A stretch of DNA of 64,000 nt from Octopus vulgaris (taxonomy: Eukaryota): assembly GCA_951406725.2 (NCBI GenBank), contig OX597831.1, forward strand, positions 53,940,001-54,004,000, given 5' to 3'. Under the pieces are notes generated by a model, which was not told the origin of the DNA, made no database searches, and was given only the letters and a program-made list of their open reading frames with translations. A program made the translations under genes and the position numbers. This document shows, piece after piece, positions 1 to 12,804 of this stretch. Within the stretch, counting starts at the first letter, position 1. The number at the start of each line of letters is the position of its first letter.

Positions 1-2371
1 TTGAATAAATTCTTGAAACAGGCGGGAGCTTTTTCAAATTAATGAATCTTTTTTCATTGCAAATGTAAGAATATGGTTGAAAGATTAAATAAGGAAGCAC
101 TGTCAGTACCAAGATCTGAAGAAATGGATGGTTTTTGCTTTATATATCTATAGTAATAATATAATACTGAAATTGTTTTCCATCCAGTTGATTAATGATA
201 TATTAGCTGATGACATCTGAGACAGGATAAGTCTATTTTAGCGAATGAAATGTTTAAATGGTAAATAAAAATGATGCTGAATGATTTGTTCCGCATTACA
301 TTTGAAGTTGTTGATGTTGAAACTTTTTTGAGAGAAGAATATGAATACATGTAATATCTTACAGTAAATGAAATCAAATAGAAATGTACTTGGCATGTCA
401 GACATAATCTGATGTAAGAAAAAAAATAATCATCATTTCCAGTATTGTGTAATGGAGAAAGTGCTGTTGAAAAACATTCATGCAATTACATTAGGAGAAC
501 GGAGATTTATTTTTCAAATGTAAGATGCTAATAATGGTAATTTTTATGTCTTCATTCTGCTTCATATTTATGCTCTTATGTAATTATATTGCCAGTATCA
601 GAACTAGTTCACTATGATAGTGAAATTTAAGCCATGAAATTAGATAACTTGTTTCTAAAAATAGATTTTATATAATTCATTGGAGGTGGTTAGCAAGATT
701 GAAATCAGGAGAAACTTGGTTGTATATGGAATTAGATTTAGTGCAGTTTGCAAAAGAGAAGTTAGGTACTGTCTGAAGAAAAGAAAATTGAATTATCCTT
801 CAATGTAGAAAACATAGAATGTCTTGTAGAAAACATAGAATGATATTGATTAGCATACTGACTTTTTACAGAATTGTCTAGAAGAATTAAATGCAGTTTA
901 CAGGTGTTCGAAATTTGATTCAAATTGATTCTTGTTAATGCACTTTTTGGTAGCTAAATCTGAAAATCCTAGAATAAAATATTTAGCTTGTCCAGGTACA
1001 TTTTTCAGACAACAATGCAAAATGGCATACAGTACTACTTATAGATATATCATAGTCATAAAGTTAAAATTAGAAAGCATATTTTGTGAGAAGCCTGTAA
1101 TCTTTTCTAAAAGCCAGGGTCTTTTTTGAGCTGTTTTTTTCCTATCTTCTGCTTTCTGTAGCATTAAGCAGATGAGATTTAATTTTCCCATGAATAAGAC
1201 AACTAGTTGTTTTTTCTTCTTGTAAGTGGAATTGAACTCCTGAAACTGCTGCTTAAAAAGCTAGATGAACTGGACTGAAAGGTTTTGGTTGTGTATATAA
1301 CAGTATCAGTAAACAAACAAGTGCTGACTTCTTGGGTTACTTTCTATTTCTCTGTTCACTTGACCAAAATCTATTTCATAAGTGTGAAAAATTTTTTTTT
1401 AAGTACATTTATTGATAATATTTCTGTGGAAAGGCAGAGCAGGAAGATTATTTTAAACTAGAATTCAGAAAATATTGAGCCTCTCCTTGTAATTATCATG
1501 GAATTGCTTTTCAAACAAATCATTTTAAAATTTAATCAAACAAGACAAAGAAGAATCAGAGTTTTATTAATGATTTTCCAAATTTAAAAAGGAAAAAGTT
1601 TCTTCACTAAATTTTCAAAATAATTGCCGTCAAAGTGTTAATGAAACTAAGGTAGTTGAAATTGCTACAAATAATTGATTTACTCGCGTCCAAAGAATTG
1701 AAAAGAAAGAGAAAAATATATCTGCTATTGGAAGTTCAATTAAAGAAACTACAAATTCTTAAAAACTGAAATCTACAAAGTTTAAAAAGAAATTTAAATC
1801 AATGTTGTGATCAGAATTAAGATAGATTTCAAGGATTGTGACTTTACATTGATGAAATTAAATCTTGATGCAAATACAAACTGACTTAAGAACACATTAA
1901 AATCAGAAGAAAAAAAGAAAATTACTTTAAATTCATTTCGTTCACACTTGCTTCAGTTGGATGGTTCTGCACTTTTTCTGTATAATTTTTCTTTGGCAAT
2001 TTTTGAAAATATTATTGAAGTAATAAAAATATTAAATTACTATTGTTGATCTAAATGTGAGTAGCATTTTATTTTCTAAGAAAGCTTTAAATACTTTCAA
2101 GAACAACTAATTGAATTGTTCTTAATGAAAATATTTTTTCCCTCTTTAATACTGAATAGTGTAAATCGGAAGATAGTTTTCCTTTGCAGTTTTGATACAT
2201 GTGTTGTTTGAATGGTTTAATCTGAAACCTATATGGACATTAAGTTTATTTCCACCCTAATTGGTATTAAATCATTAATTTTATTAGTGTTATTTCTTCT
2301 GCAAACTTATCTTATTCAGCTTGGATGTCTAACAAATAACTAGTACATTGTTAGCCATTTATGAACACTAT

Positions 2372-2570
2372 TGAGGGACCTTCTACATGGTCATTCAACA
2401 TGCTAGAGATAGCAGCTAAATCTCCCTCAAATCACACTCAGTTGCCTTGAAAAAGGGGCAGTCATATCAGAAAATATGTTCCTAGACACTTCTAAAAAGA
2501 TGGGATGGTTCTAAGTGGAACATCTTTGGTCATATGATTTACTTGACTAGGGCTGACTTTGGCTAAACAA
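2372..2570 (+). mobile_element. Interspersed repeat family (AGCAGCYAAATCTCCCTCAAATCA core, GGCTAAACAACAA-type tail), probable retroposon
   Basis: The same core recurs at ~18905-19102(+), ~44850-45045(+), ~17775-17990(-), ~34090-34275(-) and ~58500-58560(-). Boundaries are approximate. Confidence 0.6.
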
Positions 2571-2608
2571 TTATAATTTTGGCACAATACCTAACCTCAA
2601 TATTTATT

Positions 2609-2833
2609 TTTAAACCTCTTGTTACAATATTTCTGTTGATATATACTACCTTTGTTTGAATTAATTTTTAAAATAAAGAAGAATTCATTAAAATAATTTT
2701 CTCATTATCAAGCTGCAGTCTGGAAGAAATTAACATAAAAAATTTTGATGGAAGATTATTATTTAAATTACATTAAAATAGTGTGTGTATCATAGAACTA
2801 GGGGTAATTGTTGGCAGGTATCAAAAGGGTTAG
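2609..2833. mobile_element. MITE-like non-autonomous DNA element with AACC...GGGTT ends, possibly TTAA-targeting
   Basis: Left end taaacctcttgttac, right end ggtatcaaaagggttag. Homologous decayed copies lie at ~48370-48573, ~58750-58830 and ~61600-61874. Confidence 0.5.
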
Positions 2834-2894
2834 ATTACTATCCTTCTGGTCTGGGAAAATAGAAACTTACATCCCAAAATAAGTTTTTGTTATA

Positions 2895-3283
2895 TTCTTT
2901 ACTTTGTTTCAGTCATTTAACTGGAGCAATGCCTTGAAGGGTTTTAGTCGAACAAATTGACCGTAGGACTTTTTTTTTAAAGCCTAGTACTTATTGTATC
3001 AGTCTCTTATTCCAAATTGCTAAGTTATGGGAACATAAACACATGAACACTAGCTGTCAAATCATGATAGGGGGGAAACAAACACAGAGACACATGTGTG
3101 CGCGCACACACACACACATGAAGGGTCCTCTTTCAGTTTCCATCTACCAAATCCATTCACAAGGCTTTGGTTGGCCTGAGGCTATAAGTAGAAACACATA
3201 CCGAAGGTGCCACGCAGTGGGATTGAACCCTGAACCATGTGGTTGGGAAGCAAGTTTCTTACCACACAATCACACCTGCACCT
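2895..3283 (-). mobile_element. tRNA-derived SINE (same family as 3576-3985), reverse orientation
   Basis: The reverse complement matches the head GTGTGGTAAGAAACTTGCTTCCCAACCACATGGTTCAGGGTTCAATCCC and the tail ATGACTGAAACAAAGTAAAGAA. Confidence 0.85.
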
Positions 3284-3575
3284 ATATGCTTATTAAATAC
3301 AAGAATATTGAATCCAAATAGTCTTACTGTGCATTGTCTCCACATCAGTTATCACTCTTGTCAGTTATAAGACTGGATGACAAAGCTGATGTATGCTCTG
3401 ACTACTACATTTTTCCATTCTTCTAGACCAGGGTTTCTGAAAGTGGGCAGTACCACTCCCTAAGTTGGGTGAGAATTTTTATGTGTAGTGAGGCAAAGGG
3501 AGCGGGCTGAACATAGATGTAATTACAGTTTTTAATCATTATTTCCTATATAAAAGAAAAACATTTAACTATAAA

Positions 3576-3985
3576 GGCGCAGGAGTGGCTGTGTGGTAAG
3601 TAGCTTGCTTACCAACCACATAGTTCCGGGTTCAGTCCCACTGCGTGGCATCTTGGGCAAGTGCCTTCTGCTATAGCCTCGGGCCGACCAATGCCTTGTG
3701 AGTGGATTTGGTAGACGGAAACTGAAAGAATCCTGTCGTATATATGTATATATATATGTATGTGTGTGTATATGTTTGTGTGTCTGTGTTTGTCCCCCCA
3801 ACATTACTTGACAACCGATGCTGGTGTGTTTACGTCCCCGTCACTTAGCGGTTCGGCAAAAGAGACCGATAGAATAAGTACTGAGCTTACAAAGAATAAG
3901 TCCTGGAGTTGATTTGCTCGACTAAAGGCAGTGCTCCAGCATGGCCGCAGTCAAATGACTGAAACAAGTAAAAAGAGAAAAAGAG
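3576..3985 (+). mobile_element. tRNA-derived SINE, near full length (Octopus-type)
   Basis: A-box-like TGGCTGTGTGG, B-box-like GGTTCAGTCCC, CTTGGGCAAG core, internal TA/TG microsatellite, and an A-rich tail after ATGACTGAAACAAG. Several copies occur in the window. Confidence 0.9.
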
Positions 3986-5299
3986 ATATAATAAACTGCT
4001 CATTAGCCACAGTCACAACAATGACTAATAACAGTAGACTTCAAAATGTTAATAAATAAACAATATTGAATGTATACCACTTTTGCATGTAAATTATAAA
4101 CAAATGAAATAATAATTTAAAAGATAGTCATATTCTGTGGATGTTTCCTTATATTCAATAAAGACTGCCACTGCACCTGTAGTGTTAGATAACACCCTAA
4201 CATATTTGCATACATATGCATATGTACATGCTTTCATGTTGTCAATTTTAGCAATGAGTGTCATCTGTTAATCTCATAATCTACCCATATGTATAAACAA
4301 ATGTGTTAACTTGCATGTTACCAGAGAAATCAATGTGTGTATGATTGTTTGTGTAACAGAAAATACAGTTATAAATCTGAATGCATAGATAAATTTCAGC
4401 TGGTAGCTACAAGTGTATATGAACCATAAAGAATCTTAGCAAAGGGGCATTGAAAAGAGTTAGTAAAAGAATAAGGAAGTGACAGCTGAAAAAGATTTGG
4501 AAAGCTCTGTTCTAGATACTGCATTGAGAAATGTAGAATACTATTCCAAATGACACCAAGCCTTAACCTATGAAATTTTGGTTAGCTTAATGGCTTGCAG
4601 AGATGATCAGATTTATTAACTATCATTGTCCAGTATCTTTGCCTGTCAGTCACATGATCAAATGTAGTCTAAACTGGGGGTTTTTTTGTTGTTGTTGTAT
4701 AAAGTATTTATTCGTAGAAACAAATTCATTTTAAGTTGCTAAAGGAGTATTATATTAGAGAAAAATTCTTATAGTCTTGACAGTTTCAAACTAAGTATCT
4801 TCTGTTCAGGCTTCAAATTAATTTTTGATGATATTTCTTAGACAACATGCCTACCATTTTGGATGAATACTTTCTTCAACAATACTAAAACATATATTTA
4901 AGAACTTTACATGTATAATACTGAATTTAATTTGAGACTGTAAGCTACTGCTGTGATAGCTGGATCTCTCAACTGAATATTCTTTCTCAATTACAGAAGC
5001 TTCTGAACAATTTACAAACACGTAACAAATCCAGATGCTTATTGGAATTGAAAATGAAGCATAATCAATTGAAAAGAAATCAATTTTGGAAATTGATTTT
5101 TTTCTATCTAACATATATAAATTGTCATTAAAAAAGCCATATCATGGAAGTGGCTAAGAAATTTAACTAAAACGTTTTAATAGAAAAAAAAACTAGAAAT
5201 TTTGTGTAATAATGACAAGTATCTAAAGAAATTTATGCAAACTCAGTATTTTTGAAATTCTTGAAGTCAAGATATTCTCCACTTGAGTTGGAGAAAATA

Positions 5300-7000
5300 A
5301 ATTTAACTTTTAAGAAGCAATTCTGTTTTAAGGTTTACAATAATCCCAGTTAAAAAAATTATGACTTAAATATTCCACTGACCCTCTAAATGTAGTTATT
5401 TTAGATATAGGTGTTGACTCATAGACAAATATGAGACAAAATTGGTTTATTTTTTAATGGAACTATAATCTCTTGTCTGCTGCAATCATTTTGCTAACAC
5501 GACTATTGTACTAGTTTTCCCTACTGTATAAAAAATTTAGAACAACTATTAACAGTCAATTTGTTTGGATAATTATCAAAACAATACCAAATATCAGCAA
5601 TGGGGTGTGGTCAGCCATCCAAACAAAAAGAGTAGCTTTTCATGTAAAAAAAAAAAGCTCAAGGAAATTGAATGGCTATTTATTGATGCTAGGTATCATT
5701 GAAAAGCAAGAAATCAACTTCTTTGGCTGCTGTTCCAAAAGGAAAAAAAAAAGAAAAAAACTAAAATAGCAAAATTCTTGTCAACCTCTGCCAAATCAAA
5801 CAATTTATAAGAATAAATATCTCGTTCTGATAAGGACAAGAATTCTAGAAAACCTCACCTAAGTGCTTTGTACTCAAACCTAAATTTCAGCTTGGGTTAT
5901 CATAATGTAGAACTAAAGGCTGAACTAAGATATTTTATCACGTTCTCATTGACAAATGAACTACATGGGTATAAAAATCTTGCTGCTGCAAATACTATCT
6001 ATCATATTCACTGAAATCCTTTTAAAAAACTAATACTTCACTGCAGAAGTGGGTATTGTCATTATAGAAATACAAATATTATAAAGATATATACAACATC
6101 AGTGAACACAGATCTTGCTCTCATCAAACAGGGTAGAAAGTTTATAATTGAATGTCAGGCGAGTTGAAAAACCTTTTAAGAAGTTCTCATGTATGATGAT
6201 GGAACATGCTAATCCTAAATCTAGAGAATGGGGGCCAAATACTGACTGTCAATGGGACAGTAATGATAGGATAAGCCAGAATTGACAAAATGAATACGAG
6301 TAATTCAGTTCTTGATCATATATTCATTGTGAGAAAGAAAAACTAGATACATCAGTCTAATAGAGCAAAAAAGAAATAATAGAAAAGCAGAGTTCATTTC
6401 ACAATACCGTGTGGGGATTTTTCTGTGTAATGATGAATGTTGATATACTGGAGTAGTTAGCTAGTGTAGCATTCATATTTTGCTGACAATGGGGTTGTCA
6501 AAACTGAATTAGCCAAATTTATTTGCATGGCAGAAGTTCTGGTGCCTTTTGGTAGTATATCAGCTACAGAAAGAATTTTGTTTGCAGTCATGCTTCATTG
6601 ATCACAACTCCATCTATCAGCTTCTATTGTCTTTACTTCTAAATAGCATAGTGTTCACTGACCAGATTAAATCTGTCTCTCTTCATCTGCCTGTTGTTTG
6701 CTACTCTTTTTTATAAGCTGTGATTAGCATAATTGAAGCTTGACTGATTTCAATCAACTATTTTGTGTTCCTTAGAATTTTTGATGACACCAGTCTAAGA
6801 ATAAGTTGTATAATTGTTGAGCATTTTTTTTTTTTTAGATCTTTCTTGATGTCATCAGATCTGAATGTTGTTGTCACTTGATTCCAAAAGTTCCTAGAAA
6901 ATCATTGGTCAAATTTTTGCTGATGTGACAAAATTCTGTTTACACTATTTCATGTTTAAAAACCAAAATGTTTCAAGTACAAAATACAGTATAGATCTGC
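5300..7000 (-). mobile_element. Highly decayed LINE ORF2 (reverse transcriptase, CR1/L2/Jockey-type)
   Basis: The minus strand gives, in the correct order, relics of PH..L..KL (PHTVL*NEL), VPQGSVLGP (VP..SVFGP.IL), FADD (VFTDV) and LEY.S.VW (SYSFVW). There are many stops and frameshifts; edges are approximate. Confidence 0.6.
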
Positions 7001-8287
7001 CATAGGACTATAGACAACAGAAAAATCAACCAATCTGTTTCTAGTGGTATGTTCCTCTTGGTATAATGGTATAGTTTCAAGATTTGGTTGCAATTTAGCA
7101 GACCAAATGACCACCTACTATGTGGGATACAGGCAATTTGTTAAGGTACCAAACTCCAACACTCAATTTCTATTCCATGAAAAATCATTTCTGGACATGT
7201 ATATGTCACCTCAGATCAGTCCTGCAACATTATCTTCAAAACACTCTTCCATTCAACTCAGACAAACGTGTAAAGATACAACAGAAATAGTTGCAGCATC
7301 AGTAACCTCACTAATCCTAGCACTGTGCTAGAATGCACACTCTGCAACAAGGACTGCAGAAGAACAACAACTATTGCACTCTGACTGTACTTGACTTTGC
7401 TGGTGGGCATACAGAATGAAACTGAACATTGGAGAGTGCAATATGTCAAGACTGTTGTACTGTACTTCACTTGATTCATTACTGCATGTTGGTGTGTAAA
7501 TTATAATTCTGATTGGTTGAAACATAATATAAAAGGGAGCTGGTAAAGCTCTGTGGATTGCATTTGGTTGTTTGAGCCACTACCTTTGTGCCATAAGTCT
7601 GCTAGTTCTCATTTGACTTGGGCTGCACAGCACCCATACTAATTAATTATCATCATCATCATTTGATGTCCACCTTCCATGCTGGCATGGCTGCAATAAA
7701 TAAAGACTCCAATTTCTTCCTATCTTAATTTTTTTTATTCATTGTTGTTAGAAATTAATTTGTGTATTGGTTTTGTGTAGTTTTTATTTATTTTTTTACA
7801 TTTATGTCATAGTTTGCAAGCAGTAGCGTCATGGGTTACTGGTTTCCAACAGATTAATCATTGCATTTCTAACAGCAGGAGTGACAACGGAACAGCTAAC
7901 CTATTGTGAAACAATTTTTTTTTGTTTTTTTCAAATTTTCTAATTTGTATCCTATGCTAATATAATGCAGTAAAGTATAACACCTGGTTTTAGAAGAGAT
8001 CCTGTCTCCAAATTCCACTCATAAGGTATTGGTCAACTCAAGGTTGCTCGAAGTGCTTCATTGTGGGTTTGAATTTGGAACCATGTGGTTTCAAAGTATG
8101 TTCATAAACCACGATTATGCCTTAGTTACGTTAAAGATTAGGATTTATTATACTATTGCATTAAACATTTTTGTTTTTTTTCATCTCTGGTATGAAACAT
8201 AACCTACAATTTATAGTTAATGAAATCGGGATAAATAAAATATTGAGACATGAAAATTGAAACCTGTTGCTATTTTTTTTTTTTTAA

Positions 8288-8418
8288 ATAAGGTTTAATG
8301 CAGTGTATTATTGAAGTATTTTGTGTTTCAACGTTGTACTGTGTTGATGTTGGAGTTTGATATTAGTTTCTATCCTGAGGCCTCAAATTTCCCTAATATT
8401 CCATCACTTGTACTTTTA
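8288..8418. repeat. 131-nt direct duplication, copy 1 (copy 2 at 12568-12698)
   Basis: Manual alignment shows 12 mismatches in 131 nt and no indels. Confidence 0.95.
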
Positions 8419-9779
8419 GTTATTTTTTCTTTACATAGCTATTTAGTCTCTTTTCTTTTTGTTTCTGCATTCTATAGAAACACAACCAGAGTCTGCTGCT
8501 GGGGAAGGCACACATATTTCCTTTATTATTTTCTAACTGGAAAATTATTGTTTCATGATACACTTGATATTTCCTTTATATGGAATTTCTTGAGAAATCT
8601 AAGAAGTGAATATTGGCCTTATAATAGTATTTAGGTGATTATTTCAGAAAATTTTAAAATTTCAAAATTTTATTTTAATTGCAATATTGAATTACTGAAA
8701 CTTACTTCAAAGTGCTCTGTATATTTTACTTGATATTCTTGTTGAACTAAATTATAACCACCTTCATTTTGGGAAGAGAAAGATACCAGTTTATGATATA
8801 TAGCTTTTGTGTCTAAAATGGTTAAGAGAGAGATAAAAAAATTACAAATTTTCAACCAATTTTCTTGTGACTGAGTACTTGGAGTTCTTTAAAATCTATA
8901 AGCATAATTCTTGAGCACATCTTGATTTATGTAGATAGGAGTCTGTACTAGGTACTTCAGATATAAGTAGGTAATATTAGATTAGTTATTTTATCTGCTT
9001 TCAAAGCACATTTTGTTCAATCATTAGGATTATAGAAGTGTATGTATCCGTAAGAAAGAAAGCCCATTCTTAATGTCTTAATTCTTTGTAAGAAAGTATC
9101 TTAATATTGAAATCTTAAAGTTATATATGTAATAAATATATTCTTAAATATATTAACTTTTAAGGAGTTACTTGGAAATTTATTAGGAAAGAAATTTACA
9201 GAATGTCATATTGTAACTTGATAAACAGTAAGAAAATGTGAATGGTTTGTTCAGAAATATTCTATTAACATCATCATTAATCCTTTTTCTAAATAGAAAA
9301 TGGATTAATGTTGGATTAACATTAATAGAATATTAGTAAAATTTAGTATGTACAGGAAAGAAAAAATTCCATGGTTGTGGAGGGTGGGGGAATGCAGTTA
9401 ATATACAGACAGTAGACAAAATAGCTCAAAAATAGGACAAGGAACTGTAAACTTCAAATATGCTTATTACGCTGGTGCAACCATTCCAGCTTATTTAGAT
9501 CTCTAACATAGTATATGCACTTAATACTGGAATGTAAGCCCTAGTGATGTGGTTTTGTATAGTAAAGTGGATTGATCAGAAAACTGCAGTGTTTATTGGA
9601 GACATATTTTCTCTCTTCATATGAAAGACAGATTATATATGTATGTGTGTGATGGTTCCAGCATACTCCGCATTGCTAAAGAAACAGTCTTGGTTTCATT
9701 GTTGCATTCAGCAAGGTATTACCATTCACCATGGGAACTAATGAAAGCAAAACCTTACTATAATTAAGTAGAGAGCATG

Positions 9780-9810
<31 letters not shown>

Positions 9811-9812
<2 letters not shown>

Positions 9813-11400
9813 ACAATGCCAGACTGACAAGACAGACAAGCGGTAACCTTAACAGAGAGAAGTCTTGGGGCAGAGCAAATTCTCTTTCTACAAGAACAGG
9901 CCACTCTGCATACCCATTGTTGAACATGATGCAACTGCACACATCTATAAACAAGGTAAATGTCTTTTGCGAGATTTTTGCAGAAAAGTTTATAGTACTA
10001 AATACTGACAACCAGCCACTGCTGATCAGATTACCCTGTGATACAAAGCTACAGAGTGAGATTTTTAATACAAAAGATATCATGAAGGCGATGTGTCTCA
10101 AACCTGGTAAAATTATTTGTTCCTACAAATTCCCACCAGAGTCCTGTAAGAATATTATGTGGAAGTTGCTAACCCCCATGTTACTTGTTTCATCTGTGCT
10201 TCACTTGTGTATTTTCAAACCTGTGAAAGATTATTTATTTAATTTCTATACATTAGACAGATTCTAGATCTGATCTCTCAAAATGTTGACCTGTTTTATT
10301 GCTAACCAAACCTTGGTGCACATCTTCTAACATCTCCTAAACATAGAACAACTACCTTGATGTAGGTCAGGAGGTATGTGTTCATATCCATGGTTATCGA
10401 AAGAATTTTTGAGAATTTGGTAAAGCAGGCTGTATGTGAAATTTGATTCTAAAGGAATATATAAGAAACTGCTATGGTAACCTCAAAGCTACCTTAGTGG
10501 GAGCTCCATCAAGTCTACTCTTTCAGGTCAACATTTTGATCTCTATAATGCATTAGTCTCACTAAGATTAATAATTTTGCCACTTTTGTTCTCAGTTTCA
10601 GATATTACCTTTATAATTGTAAAACTGAGCTATAACTCTGAGAACTTAAGGGTGTCTGCACAAGATTGACACGAGAAAGCAAAGTGGCAACAGCACTTGG
10701 CATAAGTAGAGGCCTTGCTAGGACATATGCCTGGGATTATGATTGGAAAGTAACATTTGAAGCATCAAAATGTAAAGCAATGGTTCTAGCAAGGAAAAGC
10801 CCATTAAACCTTGTACTGTACTTTGGGAATTGCAGGCTCTCTGTGAAAAAGTTTGAGATTCTGAGCATAACCATAGACAGCAGGCTAGTGTAGAAAGAAC
10901 ATCTCCATCATGTGTAATAGCACTACACAAAGAAGGAAGATCCACTATTTGCAAAGCTCAAATCAGAAGCAATTTGGAGTATGTCTGCCTGTCTGTTGGA
11001 TGAATGTTTGCAAAGGATATACAACCAACTCACAACAATTCAAAAGAAGGCTCTTAGGCTTATCACAATTGATGGTATTGATACAGCAAGGAAAAGGAAC
11101 AAAACAAAAACAAACTCACTATCAATCGCTTACAACACAAGCAACAGGTTGCTCCAGTAACAGTTTTTTTACAAAATGCACATAGTCTACAACTGTCAGT
11201 GTTTATATCCACACTTCTGCCATAGTATAAAAGACACTATCTCACAAGGTTTAGTACATTCATGTCTGTGCTGGGGCCTCTCAACACCTGATTCCAAGAT
11301 CCACTATGACCAGGGGCTTCTTGCACCTTTGATGTCCCAGTTAAGTCCAAGTACACAAACCTCTTACTCTTGCCATCAGAACTACAGTGAACCAGTAATC
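9811..11400 (+). mobile_element. Decayed LINE ORF2 (CR1/L2/Jockey-type)
   Basis: Motifs PTRVL*EYYVEVANP (GPD.IP.RVLKE-like) and WKVTFEASKCKAM...ILSITIDSRL are typical of the LINE RT C-terminal region. A poly(A) run precedes it at 9782-9810. Confidence 0.75.
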
Positions 11401-12567
11401 AAAAACTTATTAACAATGGTGTTATGTTTATATGCAATAGACAGTGGAAGTTTATTACATAGCACAGATGTTATCAACCAATATTATCAAAATTAGTAGG
11501 TTCTAAACTCTAGCTGGTTATAGTTATCAAAAAGACTTTCATCTGAAAGTAAGTACACTGTTGATAACAGTTGATAACACGCCAACCTGTTAAATTCATT
11601 TGAATTTGAAATTTAACACTTCATGAAATTTAAAATGAATTTAACAGCTTTGTGTGGTATTAAATGGTTCATTCAGGATTTAGATTCTTCAGTTTCAACA
11701 TACCATCTCAGATCAAGTCACTTGCTAGATAAATACATTCTTGAAGCTTTATTCCAAAGTGATCACAATAAGTGGTTTCCACTATTTATGTGCATGGGTA
11801 TAATATATATAGCTTTATTTATTGTGAAGCCTTACATGCAAATAATATGGTCTATGAAAGCTGAAGTCCTGTAGTTATTGAACTGTAAATGAATTCGATT
11901 TGTTGGGTATGTTTCTTGAATTTGAAAGTCTGAATGAGTGCAACTGTCTGTCAGTTAGTATTGATCAGTATATACAAGAGACATAAGTATATTGATATAG
12001 TTAGATAAACTATATAAATGGATGCTATTCTCAGTAGGCAAAAAATGGCTGATTTAAAAGCAGCTTGTAGGCGAAAGTCTTGGAGTGAAATAATTAGATC
12101 ACATCTTAAGATAATAGATGTTATGAATTTGAAATAACTCATGAAAGTGTTGATTAGATTTGCAACTCAAACTAAAACTGTTTATGCAAGATAGAAAACA
12201 TTACATGTTAAACTTATATTTTATTATCGAAATGTTAATGGGAAGTTCCTTAGTGAATTTATTATTCTGAAGTCTAAGGAAATTAAAAACATTTTGATTC
12301 TCTGTTTTATAAAATTTTTAAATGGATTTTAGCTGAAAATTAAAATATTTTTTTCCTGTCATATTTCATTAGAAATTGTTTTTGAGTATTTCATTGGAAA
12401 GCATTTTAAAAATGAAAATCTGGATTAATGCAAACCATCATATCTGCATAAAAAATTGTTAAGCCAGTATTTTTTTTATTTCAAGAATTGTATCAGTTTG
12501 TGTAGAAATATTTGCAGTTTTATTTGCTTGATTAATCAGAAGTTTTGAAATCGCTTGAAATTTAAGC

Positions 12568-12698
12568 ATAAGGTTTAATGCAGTGAATTTTTGAAGTATT
12601 TTGTGTTTCAATGTTGTACAGTGTGGATGTTGGAGTTTGATATTAGTTTGTGTTCTGAGACCTCAAATTTCTCTAATATTCCATTGCTTGTACTTTTA
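12568..12698. repeat. 131-nt direct duplication, copy 2
   Basis: About 91% identical to 8288-8418, offset by exactly 4280 nt. Confidence 0.95.
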
Positions 12699-12804
12699 TT
12701 TTTTTTAATAATTTATAATTCTTTTAATATTTGCTCTATAATTAATTATTATTGGTAATCCTTTTCAATTTTAGCATATCACACTTATTTACAAGCCATA
12801 TCTA

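Noticed and set aside
1-520. GAA-rich, coding-looking stretch and the 97-aa minus-strand ORF
   Set aside because: The + frames have many stops, and no domain or splice structure is recognisable.
804-842. Tandem duplication tgtagaaaacatagaatg x2
   Set aside because: This is a simple slippage duplication with two units and no spacer structure; it is not CRISPR-like.
7372-7443. miR-92-like seed (TATTGCAC) in an 11-bp inverted repeat
   Set aside because: The rest of the arm does not match miR-92, and pairing is not continuous over 22 nt.
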